Of a stretch of DNA of 64,000 nucleotides, positions 36,700 to 47,589 are shown piece by piece. This DNA is from Pristiophorus japonicus (Eukaryota), in the NCBI RefSeq assembly GCF_044704955.1, contig NC_091993.1, positions 117,366,001-117,430,000 on the forward strand, written 5' to 3'. Position 1 is the first letter of the stretch. Every line of letters starts with the position of its first letter. Both the position numbers and the translations under genes were made by a program. Under the pieces are notes generated by a model. The model searched no databases. It worked only from the letters and a program-made list of their open reading frames with translations, and was not told the DNA's origin.

Positions 36700-37075
36700 A
36701 TGTTTGCAACAGTGTGAAGGTGTGAGGGTGAGATAAGCATATGAATGTTAAGTTTGGGTCCTGATTGAAAGAGATTGTTGGTAGATGAGTGATAGGGGTG
36801 CAGTGAATTGAGCAGTGCAGGAGGCTTGTGATGCAGTTGGAAGAATATGACATTTCAAGATGCACTCACTGACCTTAACAACTTTTGTGAGATCATTAAA
36901 CTTATTCCTAGGCCTACACTCTTGGCATTGACTTCCACCGCTATCTCTTCCCACTGCTGTCTGAGCCCCTCCCCCGTGAGGATACAGTACATCTTTCCTT
37001 CTTTCCACCTCTTCCAATAAGACCTCCAGTGCAGCGTCTGAAAAATCGGTGTTCATTCTTCCATAGCACAATATT
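36700..37075 (-). mobile_element. Harbinger Myb/SANT gene relic
   Basis: FSDAALEVLLEEVERRKDVLYP..NKFNDLTKVVK followed by a gtcagt donor-like site. Confidence 0.7.
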
Positions 37076-37094
37076 CAGAATTATCTCAGCACCA

Positions 37095-37670
37095 CCATAG
37101 AATCATAGAATGGTTACAGCACAGAAGGAGGCCATTCGGCCCATCGAGCCTGTGACGGTTCTTTGCAAGTGCATTTCAATTTATCCCACGCCCCGCCCTT
37201 TCTCCATAGCCACGCAAAAAAATTTATTTCGCTACTTACCCAATTCCCCTTTGATCAGCATGATTAAGTCTGCCTCCACCACAGTGCTTCAGGCAGTGCA
37301 TTACTGATCCTAACCACTCGCTGCGTTTTTGCTCATGTCAACTTTGCCAATCACCTGAAATCTGTGTCCTCTGGTTCTCAACCCTTCCACCAATGGGAAC
37401 AGTTTATCTCTATCTACTCTGTCTCGGCCCCTCATGATTTTGAGCACCTCTGTCAAATCACCTCTCAACCTTATCTGCTCTAAGGAGAACAACCCCAGCT
37501 TCTCAGTCTATCCACGTAATGGAAGTCCCTTATCCCTGGAACCATTCCTGTAAATCTTTTCTGCACCATCTCTAAGGCCTTCAAATCCTTCCTAAAGTAC
37601 GGTGCCCAGAATTGGAAACAATACTTCAGTTGAGGCTGAACTAATGTTTTATGAAGGTTCATCATAACTT
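37095..37670 (-). mobile_element. Old CR1 3' fragment
   Basis: LVQPQLKYCFQFWAPY..LEQIRLRGDLTEVLKIM..TRGH; catagaat tail at ~37096-37110. Confidence 0.8.
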
Positions 37671-39589
37671 CCAGCATCCACAATGCACCTCCCCTTAAGA
37701 GATGCAGGCTAGTTTTAAGTAGTACTGGTAACTCGCGGTGATGCGTGTGGCCAATGAACAGCGTTGGCTGCATGCAGAAATCATGGAAATGAAACTTTAT
37801 GCATGGACCACAGATTGTGATTTTCCCACTGGAAACAATTTTTTGTTGTGCAGAGAATGCTGTTAGTGATTGTTCTATCCTAAATGAACACAAATTCAGT
37901 TTTAGCACAATTCCATTAACTCCTCAAATACTGAAAAAACAGTATTTTCATGCTTGCTGCAGCTTACGATGGTCATTGTGGTTTGAAACTGCAAATAAAT
38001 GTGTTGTCATTGACAGCATGGGTGTGTGATAGAAACCCATCAACGTACAATGGCAGGAGGTGTCAGTAACTAAATGAAGGGTTGTGTGTGCAAGTGGGAG
38101 AAGAAGAACTACAATATTACAGGGCTTTTTCCAGGCAGGTATTATGGGTGCTGGTCCAGTTATTGGGCACCAGATGATGTAGATGGAAGAAACAGTGGAG
38201 AGGTGTACAGGGGACAGGCGGGCCACACCATGACGTGGACCAATGACCCCAGGGGGAAGCATTACTGAGCTAGATGTAGTTTTATAAATCTTAAAGAGAA
38301 GGAGAGGCTAAAGCTAAGCAAAGACTTTTTAACTGATCCACATGATGTGCTCCCAAAAGACCTGAAGAAGCAGTCAACATTTAAACTGTGCTGTTTGGGG
38401 AAGTCACAGTTACCACAGCTCTCAACATTGACATACCTTCCAGGAATGAGTGGCAGATATCTCAGGAGTCAGTGGAAATGCTGTCAACTGTTGCACAAGG
38501 GACAGTACAGAAGACTTCCAAAGGCACCCTCATGGGCACACAACATTTAGCAATTCCAAACGGGAACAGCAGGCAAGGCTCCTTGCTTCTCACTGTGTGT
38601 GTAGGTTCTCAAAGGTGCAGAGCATCATTCTCTGCATACATGTGGCTATTCACTCACAAAACCACAATCCTGACATCAATCAAAAGAAATCCCATTGAAT
38701 CAAGGTGCAGATATGTGATACAGGCATGGAAATTGTGCAGGTTAATGCTCAATTGTCTTACCAGGAAAACTTGAGAAGCGTCGGGTATCTCGTGCAACCA
38801 AGGCTGCCCGTACTGTGCACCATTCCCTTACTGAGCCAAGCAAGGATATAATGATGACCGCGTCTCAACAAGAGCCCTCACTGAGCAAATAATTGAGATT
38901 CTGAGTTAGCGCTTCATATGGTTGGACGGATCTGGAGGTGAATTCCAACCTTGTGCATGGAAGATTGGAAATATATTTACTGCTTATTGCATTGCATTGA
39001 TGGAGATTGAGGCCTTCCAATTGATTTAATCCCACTCTGCTGCTCTTTCCCCACAGCCCCGCAACTTTTTCCTTTTCAAGTATATATCCAATTCCCAATT
39101 CAGGATCTTTTGGGCAGGTTTCCACAGAAAAGGTTTAGAAAAATTGTAACTTTAGATGTTGTGTTTTAAAGCATAATGTATTTATCTAAGTTAAAATAAA
39201 AAGGAGGGTTTGAAATGATGAGCAGTAGAGATGCATTGTAGTTGAACAACTTTGTTGTTGTTTCCTCATAGACTGTAAATAATAAGCAATGTGTTAGGTT
39301 ATCTTGGTAAACTGCACCGATTTGTTTGGGGAACATTTGGTCCCAAGTGCTCAGTAGAAGGTCTAGCCAGCTTTTATTTTCTGTTTGTAAATAGTGGGAG
39401 ATAAACTACAACAAAGGCAGGCAAACAAGGAGAGACTTTTTGAAACAGCAATGCAACAAAGGCACTCGGGTTTGCTAAAGAGCAACCTGTGCGGTGTTCA
39501 CTAAAGTGAACAATTTAGAAATTTTAGAGAATTCTTTGTCTAAGTGAGTTAAGATGACCCACTGATGTGGAGCAGCATGGCATGAAGTG

Positions 39590-41761
39590 GATTGAGAACT
39601 TCGAGCTGCCGTACAGAATCCATATGGTGAAGGTCTTTGGACGTAAGACTAGTTACTCTTGTTACGTGAGCACGTGGCTCAAAGACTGCTATGGGAGAAA
39701 TGGGTTTCGGTTCATGGGACACTGGCACCAGTACTGGGGTAAGAGGGAGCTGTTCCATTGGGATGGGCTTCACTTGAACCATGCTGGGACTAGTGTCCCA
39801 GCAAATCGAATAACTAGGGCTGTAGAGAGGGCTTTAAACTAAATAGTGGGGGGGGGGGGAGGGGGGGGGGAGGGTTCTGGTGAGCGGCATTTAACAAGTC
39901 TAAGAGTAAGGAGAAGGCAATAGCGCAGGGTAGCACTGGCGGAATGATAGCCAGTGTGTGACAGGAAAGGACAGAATGTGTAAAAATAAGAGTGTATCAG
40001 AAAGTGGTGTCAAAGCAGGGAAAAAACAAAATTAAAAGCTCTTTATCTGAATGCACGCAGCATTCATAACAAGATAGATGAGTTGACGGCACAAATAGAT
40101 ATAAAAGGGTATGGTCTGATAGCCATTACAGAAACGTGGTTGCAAGGTGACCAAGGCTGGGTACTGAATATTCAGGGTTATGTGATAATTCGAAAGGATA
40201 GACTGAAAGGAAAAGGAGGTACGGTAGCTCTGTTAATAAATTATGAGATCATCATCATCATCATAGGCAGTCCCTCGGAATCGAGGAAGACTTGCTTCCA
40301 CTCCGGAAGTGAGTTCTTTGGAGGCTGAACAGTCCAATACGAGAGCCACAGACTCTGTCACAGGTGGGACAGATAGTCGTTCAGGGAAGGGGTGGGTGGG
40401 ACTGGTTTGCTGCATGCTTTTTCCGCTGCCTGCGCTTGATTTCTGCACGCTCTCGACGTTGAGACTCGAAGTGCTCAGCGCCCTCCCGGATGCACTTTCT
40501 CCACTTAGGGCGGTCTTTGGCCACGGTCTCCCAGGTGTCAGTGGGGATGTCACACTTTATCAGGGAGGCTTTGAGGGTGTCCTTGTAACCTTTCCGCTGC
40601 CCACCTTTGGCTCGTTTGACGTGAAGGAGCTCCACATAGAGCACTTGCTTTGGGAGTCTTGTGTCTGGCATGCGAACTATGTGGCCTGCCCAGCGGAGCT
40701 GATCGAGTGTGGTCAGTGCTGGGGATGTAAGCCTGGATGAGGACGCTGATGTTGGTGCCCCTGACCTCCCAGGGAATTTGTAGGATCTTGCAGAGACATC
40801 GTTGATGATATATCTCCAGCAACTTGAGGTGTCAACTGTACATGGTCCATGCCTCTGAGACATACAGGAGGGCAGGTATTGCTACAGCCCTGTAGAACAT
40901 AAGCTTGGTGGTAGATTTAAGGGCCTGGTCTTTGAACACTCTTTTCCTCAGGCGCGGATCTGTGAGTAGTGAGAAATGATATTGGCTCAGAAGATCAAGA
41001 TGTAGAATCAGTCTGGGTGGAGATAAGCAATAATAAGGGGAAGAAGTCACTGGTGGGCGTAGTCTATAGGCCCCCTAACTAGCTACACTGTTGGATGAAG
41101 TATAAATCAATAAATAATGGAGGCTTGTAAAAAAAGAATGGCAATAATCATGGGTGATTTTAATCTTTATATGCATTGGACAAACCAAATTGGCCAAGGT
41201 AATCATGAGGAAGAGTTCATAGAGTGTATCTGGGATGGTTCCTTTGAACAGTACGTTGAGGAACCAATCAGGGAGCAGGTGATCTTAGATCTAGTTCTGT
41301 GTAATGAGACAGGATTAATAAATGATCGCCTAGTAAAGGATCCTCTAGGAAAGAGTGATCATAGCATGGTTGAATTTGAAATTCAGGTGGAGGATGAGAA
41401 AGTTGGATATCAAACCAGTCTCCTGATCTTAAATAAAGGAGATTACAAAGGTATGAAGGCAAAGTTGGCTAAAGTGGACTGGGAAAATCGATTAAAGTGT
41501 AAGATAGTTGATAAGCAGTGGCAGACATTTAAGGAGATATTTCATAACTATCAACAAAAATATATTCCATGAGAAGGAAAGACATTAAGAGAAGGGAATA
41601 CCATCCATGGTGAACTAAGGAAGTAAAGGATGGTACCAAATTGAAAACAATGGTATGCAAAGTCGCCAAGACTAGTGGGAGGCCAGAGGATTGGGAAACT
41701 TTTAAAAACCAACAAAGAACGACTAAAAAAATAATAAAGGGAGGGAAGATAGATTATGATA
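39590..41761 (+). mobile_element. Older CR1 copy (ORF1 end + APE region) interrupted by an RTE
   Basis: GFRFMGHW..DGLHLN, ITETWLQ, GDFN and SDH motifs in ORFs 39567, 40083 and 41117. Confidence 0.85.
40249..40956 (-). mobile_element. RTE-clade LINE 3' end nested in the CR1
   Basis: QLRWAGHIVRMPDTRLPKQVLY..GGQRK.YKDTLK..AKDRPKWR; (GAT)n tail at 40247-40265; gatc on both sides. Confidence 0.85.
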
Positions 41762-42097
41762 GATCAGGGCCCAGGAGAGGCGTGAGTTCGGGACCAGGCA
41801 CAGCACAGGCCAGCCCACATTGCGATATGTGTGTGCACTAGATCTGTGCAGCAGAGCAGGTCTCCAGTCGCCTTGGATAATCCTTGCCACTGGACCAAGA
41901 CCTTGATCTGTCAAGTCCATGTGATGGCTGGTGTGCAACGGCCACCTCACGATAAAAAAATCCATGCAGAGGCATCTTCCGCCCTTCAATATGCATTTCG
42001 GGACCTGGAATATTAGGTCCTTCATTGAAACCCCTGTGAACTCATCCTTTTTTGACGTGGAAGCAAGTCATCCTCGATTCGAGGGACTGTCTATGAT
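41762..42097 (+). mobile_element. Short RTE-related non-autonomous element
   Basis: Its 3' end gaagcaagtcatcctcgattcgagggactgtctatgat matches the 3' end of the RTE at 40249-40300 (reverse complement); no coding sequence. Confidence 0.6.
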
Positions 42098-42907
42098 TCA
42101 TTGGTATTTCTGCCTAGATTACTTGCTCAAATCGCGAGTGGAACATGAACCCACAGCCTTCTGACTCAGAGGTGTAAGTACTGCCCACAGACTGACTCCT
42201 AAATTTCACTGGACTGGCATGAATTTATTTTTGGCAGTTCTACAGCACAAGATCCATGTGTCTGTGGTGGTGAATGACATGGAACGTGAAGACAGAAATG
42301 CAAGGAGTCACGTGTGTATGTTGCATAGTAGCTCACAGTGAACTGTGGAATTTTCTGAGAGCCAATGCCACCATCCATTAATGTTAAAAAACAGGATATT
42401 GTGGGCAGTTCCCTGGACCATTCCAGGGCAAATGGGATGTATATTCTACTGGGGGAAGGAAATTTTAAGCAGGACTTTGCCCTGCAATTGTTTGCCGAAG
42501 AGGAACGGACATTTAGAAAGCGGCTGAGTGCACGTCTACCAGGATGTGGCTCTGACACAGACCATGTCACTTCACAGGGTCTCCGACTGCTTGGCCAGAT
42601 ATTCTTCATGCTGTCAATAAGCACTGCATTAACTACTTCATCTGTCAATCTAATTTACATACCCAGCATTCTGTGGGAAGGTGGGTGATTGAATTGTCCT
42701 GTCAATCTCAAGGTTTACATGAGTTTTTTTTAACTTGTGTTCTAGCTCACCTCCCAAATCACCACAAACACCTACCTCAGGTCGTTATTATACATTCCTG
42801 CTAACAACTCTCTTTTCAGAATTTTCTATCCTTTGACAAAAATTAGATGAGTTCAGTTTGTTAAATATAACTGAAACTATTTCAAGTTCCTGCTGGTCAG
42901 ATCTCAC

Positions 42908-42960
42908 CAGCTGGTGTTTGCGGTTTCATGACCTGTTTCCTGCAAACTTCTTCCTCATTT
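42908..42960 (+). promoter_or_regulatory. Proximal promoter module of copy C (E-box, RUNX-like, ETS, PU.1-like)
   Basis: cagctg (42908), tgcggttt (42919), ttcctg (42937) and ttcctcattt (42951), colinear with copy A. Confidence 0.5.
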
Positions 42961-43057
42961 AAATTCCTCCTATCATTTATGTTAGATTTATTTCGATGCG
43001 AGAGCTAAGAGCTGGGTGACTGGCGACAAGTGCTGACCTGAACTTTGCAAAAAAATG

Positions 43058-43094
43058 ATGTGGATTCTGATTCTTCTCATGTGTTCCCTGCCCG
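43058..43094 (+). CDS. Leader exon of paralogous receptor, copy C; downstream exons not found in the window
   Basis: (ATG)ATG TGG ATT CTG ATT CTT CTC ATG TGT TCC CTG CCC G|gtgagt; identical to the copy A exon. Confidence 0.8.
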
Positions 43095-44541
43095 GTGAGT
43101 GACATTCAGAGCGGGATATTGAGATAATCAGTGTTAGTTGAGTCAAGTGTACGGTTAATGCAGCAGAGATGTTTAAATACTTGTAGACATGTAAAGGCAC
43201 AAAAATATACATGAATAATATTTGTGTGAAGTCTTATCATCTCTTTTTGACTGTACTATTGTACCACATACATATTTACCAATATATACTAAACTGGAGC
43301 TACACGAGTAATATAATCATGATGCAAAGATAACCCATTTTAATCAGTAAAAAGTGATTTTTGAATGTAGTCTGATGTCCAATATACATTGAAGACTGCA
43401 GTGTATTTTTGATTAATACTGGCACTTCTCCTCCATTTATGACAAATCTTTATTCCCAGCAATGCTGAACTCCCAGTCTCACCCTATCCTAAGCCACGAC
43501 CGTTAATTATATTGCATCAAACCTCCCCATAAAGATTTGTGCCTCCAGCTTACCAATTTTACGCAGAATACTTTATGAACTTCTGTACATGCAACTGACG
43601 CGAACCTCTGTCTGTTTGGCATCTTCCTCTTTTCAATCCTTTCTGATCTGATCTATTTTACCTCCCCGTTTCTCTCTTTTATCTTTCCTATATCCTTTTC
43701 CTATCTGCTCTTCTCTCTGCCTCTTCACATTATTTTTAACCTCCCTCCTGCCATTTTAGAGTCAACTCTTCCCCCACAGCACGAGCTGCTCTCCCAGCAA
43801 GGCCATTGGTCTAATAACTGTTCAACTAAAGGCCCCCGTCCTCTACTGGCCGCTCCTCTTCCAGAACTGGCCCCAATGTGCCAGGAATCTGAACCCTTTT
43901 CTTCCGAACCATCTCTCCAGACAAAGAATCACGTCCCTTATCTCACTATTCTTACACTGACTGCCATGTGGCACTGGGAATAATCCTGTGTTTACTACCC
44001 TCAATATCCTGCTCATTGATCTATCTCCAAGTTCCTGAGTCTTCCCTTGCCGATCCTCAATCCTCTTCCTTTCCATGTCCTTGGTTACATGAACCATGTT
44101 CACCTTCCCTCCCCAAACCCTGCTGCAGTACAGGTTGCAGCAACAAAGTTGAGAGGATGGACATTCCTTTGGCTGTTCCCATGGTGCTGAATGAATCGAG
44201 AAGAATTTCAAATTCAAGTTGTTGCTGCGGTTAGAAAGAAAGACTTGCATTTTTGTGGTGCCTTTCACAATCTCAGTACATCCCAAAGTGCTTTACAGCC
44301 AATTACTTATTTGAAGTGTTGCCACTGTTGTAATATAGGAAACACGGCAGCCAATTTGTGCACAGCAAGCTCCCACAAACACTCAGGCGATCATGTTTTT
44401 TTAGCGATTGTTGGTTGAGGTATAAATATTGGCCAGGACATCGGTGAGAATTACCCTGCTCTTCTTCAAAATATTAACCTGGGAACTTTTACATCCACCT
44501 GAGTGGGCAGACGTTGTCTCGGTTTAATATCTCACCATGGG

Positions 44542-47146
44542 AACGATCTCCGAGTAAAAGATCTTCTCGGAATGAGTGATCACAGTATGATTAAATTTGT
44601 AATACAGATTGAGGGTGAGGAAGTAGTGTCTTAAACGAGCATTCTATTCTTAAACAAAGGGAACTACAGTGGGCTGAGGGCAGAGTTGGCTAAAGTAGAC
44701 TGGAAACACAGACTAAACGGTGGCACAATTGAGGAACAGTGGAGGGACTTTTAAGGAGCTCTTTCATAGTGCTCAACAAAAATATATTCCAGTGAAAAAG
44801 AAGGGCGGTAAGAGAAGGGATAACCAACTGTGGATAACCAAGGAAATAAAGGAGAGTATCAAATTAAAAACCAATGCATATAAGGTGGTCAAGCTTAATG
44901 GGAAACTAGAAGATTGGGAAAATTTTAAACGACAGCAAAGAATGGCTAAGATAGCAATAAAGAAAGGAAAGATAGATTACGAAAGTAAACTTGCGTAAAA
45001 CATAAAAACAGATAGTAAAAGCTTTTACCGATATATAAAACGGAAAAGAGTGACTAAAGTAAATGTTGGTCCCTCAGAAGATGAGAAGGGGGATTTAATA
45101 ATGGGAAATGTGGAAATGGCTGAGACCTTAAACAATTATTTTGCTTCGGTCTTCACAGTGGAAGACACAAAAACCATGCCAAAAATTGCTGGTCACGGGA
45201 ATGTGGGAAGGGAGGACCTTGAGATAATCACTATCACTGGGGGGGAAGTGCTGGACAAGTTAATGGGACTCAAGGTAGACAAGTCCCCTGGGCCAGATGA
45301 AATGCAACCCAGGGTATCAAAAAAGATGGCGGAAGTTATAGCAGATGCATTCGTTATAATCTACCAAAATTCTATGGACTCTGGGGAGGTACCAGCGGAT
45401 TGGAAAGCAGCAAATGTAATGCCTCTGTTTAAAAAAGGAGGCAGACAAAAGGCAGGTAACTATAGGCCGGTTATTTTAATATCTGTAGTGGGAAAAATGC
45501 TTGAAGCTATCATTAAGGAAGAAATAGCTGGACATCTAGATAGGAATAGTGCAATCAAGCAGGTGCAACATGGATTCATGAAGGGGAAATCATGTGTAAC
45601 TAATTTACTGGAATTCTTTGAGGATATAACGAGCATGGTGGATAGAGGTATACCGATGGATGTGGTGTATTTAGATTTCCAAAAGGCATTCGATAAGGTG
45701 CCACACAAAAGGTTACTGCAGAAGGTAAAGGTACGCGGAGTCAGAGGAAATGTATTGGCATGGATCGAGAATTGGCTGACTAACAGAAAGCAGAGAGTCG
45801 GGATAAATGGGTCCTTTTCGGGTTGGAAATCGGTGGTTAGTGGTATGCCACAGGGATCGGTGCTAGGACCACAACTGTTTACAATATACATAGATGACCT
45901 GGAAGAGGGGACAGAGTGTAGTGTAACAAAATTTGCAGATGACACAAAGATTATTGGGAAAGCGGGTTGTGTAGAGGACACAGAGAGGCTGCAAAGAGAT
46001 TTAGATAGGTTAAGCGAATGGGTTAAGGTTTGGCAGATGGAATACAATGTCGGAAAATGTGAGGTCATCCACCTTGGAAAAAAAACACTAATAAGGAATA
46101 TTATTTGAATGGGGAGAAATTGCAACATGCTGCGGTGCAGAGGAACCTGGGGGTCCTTGTGCATGAAACTCTTTTTGGAGTTTATCTGCAAAACATAAAA
46201 CATTAAACCGTGCCACCCGACCTGGGTGACACACCAGACATTTACAAGGCCCTTTTTTTCCTTTTTTTAATTTTTTTTAAATTTTTTTTATTATTTTTTT
46301 TTTCCTTCTTTTTTTTGGTTTTTTTTTGGGCACTAAAATCACAATTTTTCCACAGTGCCCTCTATAAAAGGGAAGGGGACACTAAAAACACCGGCAATTA
46401 AAACAAATTAAACTTTAAAACGTAAAATCAAATTAAATGATCCCAAAAAGTTAGTTTGCAGGTGCAGTAGCTAATCAGGAAGGGAAATGGAATGTTGGCC
46501 TTCATTATGAGAGGGATGGAATACAAAAGCAGGGAGGTCCTGCTGCAACTGTATAAGGTATTGGTGAGGCCGCACCTGGAGTACTGCGTGCAGTTTTGGT
46601 CACCTTACTTAAGGAAGGATATACTAGCTTTGGAGGGGGTACAGAGACGATTCACTAGGCTGATTCCAGAGATGAGGGGGTTACCTTATGATGATAGATT
46701 GAGTAGACTGGGTCTTTACTCGTTGGAGTTCAGAAGGATGAGGGGTGATCTTATAGAAATATTTAAAATCATGAAAGGGATAGACAGGATAGAGGCAGAG
46801 AGGTTGTTTCCACTGGTCGGGGAGACTAAAACTAGGGGACACAGCCTCAAAATACAGGGGAGCCAATTTAAAACCGAGTTGAGAAGGAATTACTTCTCCC
46901 AAAGGGTTGTGAATCTGTGGAATTCTCTGCCCAAAGAAGCAGTTGAGGCTAGCTCATTAAATGTATTCAAATCACAGATAGATAGATTTTTAACCAATAA
47001 GGCAATTAAAGTTTACGGGGAGCGGGCGGGTAAGTGGAGCTGAGTCCACGGCCAGATCAGCCATGATCTTGTTGAATGGCGGAGCAGGCTCGAGGGGCTA
47101 GATGGCCTATTCCTGTTCCTAATTCTTATGTTCTTATGTTCTTATG
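44542..47146 (+). mobile_element. CR1 LINE copy 4, 5'-truncated, inserted in a SINE and carrying a nested insertion
   Basis: RT ORF 45050-46108, C-terminal ORF 46492-47043 and a (ttcttatg)n tail. Same subfamily as the three copies at 18.6-29.5 kb. Confidence 0.95.
46168..46436 (-). mobile_element. ~270-bp AT-rich insertion, probably the 3'UTR of another LINE
   Basis: Interrupts the CR1 sequence gtgcatgaa|tcccaaaaag with ATGA duplicated. Contains an internal poly-T tract and the stem gggcact...agtgccc. Strand and family are inferred. Confidence 0.5.
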
Positions 47147-47589
47147 AAGGACAATGGTGCAGCACTCCCTCACTGCAGCTTGGAATGTCAGCCTCAATTT
47201 TAGGACTGAACTATTTGCATTAGAAAATGCTCTGATTGATTCTCCATTATCACATGACCTGATTGCTGATTGGTCACCTTGGAGGATACACCACATCCAG
47301 AAGTTTCTCTGGAATGTGTAACTGGAACTGCCCAGCCCAAGTTCTGAGTGACTTTGCAAAGTGTAATTCGAGCCATTCTGACTTCAGACCCCAGAGAGGA
47401 TAGAGCTCCCCAACACAGCACAAGTTCCTGACCCCCAGCCCAACTTCATACCACCCCCAGCCGAAGTTCCTTATTCCCCCTCCCCAGCCCAATTTTCTGA
47501 CCTTACACCCCCACCCCCACACTGCCACATTGTGTGGGGTCACAGATTGTTGATAGGTTTATTGGTTATGAAGTGATTAATGACAGTGT

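Noticed and set aside
38060-38800. Several short + strand ORFs possibly from an old retroviral or LTR gene
   Set aside because: No diagnostic motif could be recognised with confidence.
420-46203. Numerous antisense ORFs overlapping LINE and LTR coding regions (e.g. 1050-1730, 24447-25241, 27399-28028, 45460-46203)
   Set aside because: Shadow frames of CR1/Gypsy ORFs; they recur only because the elements are copies of each other.
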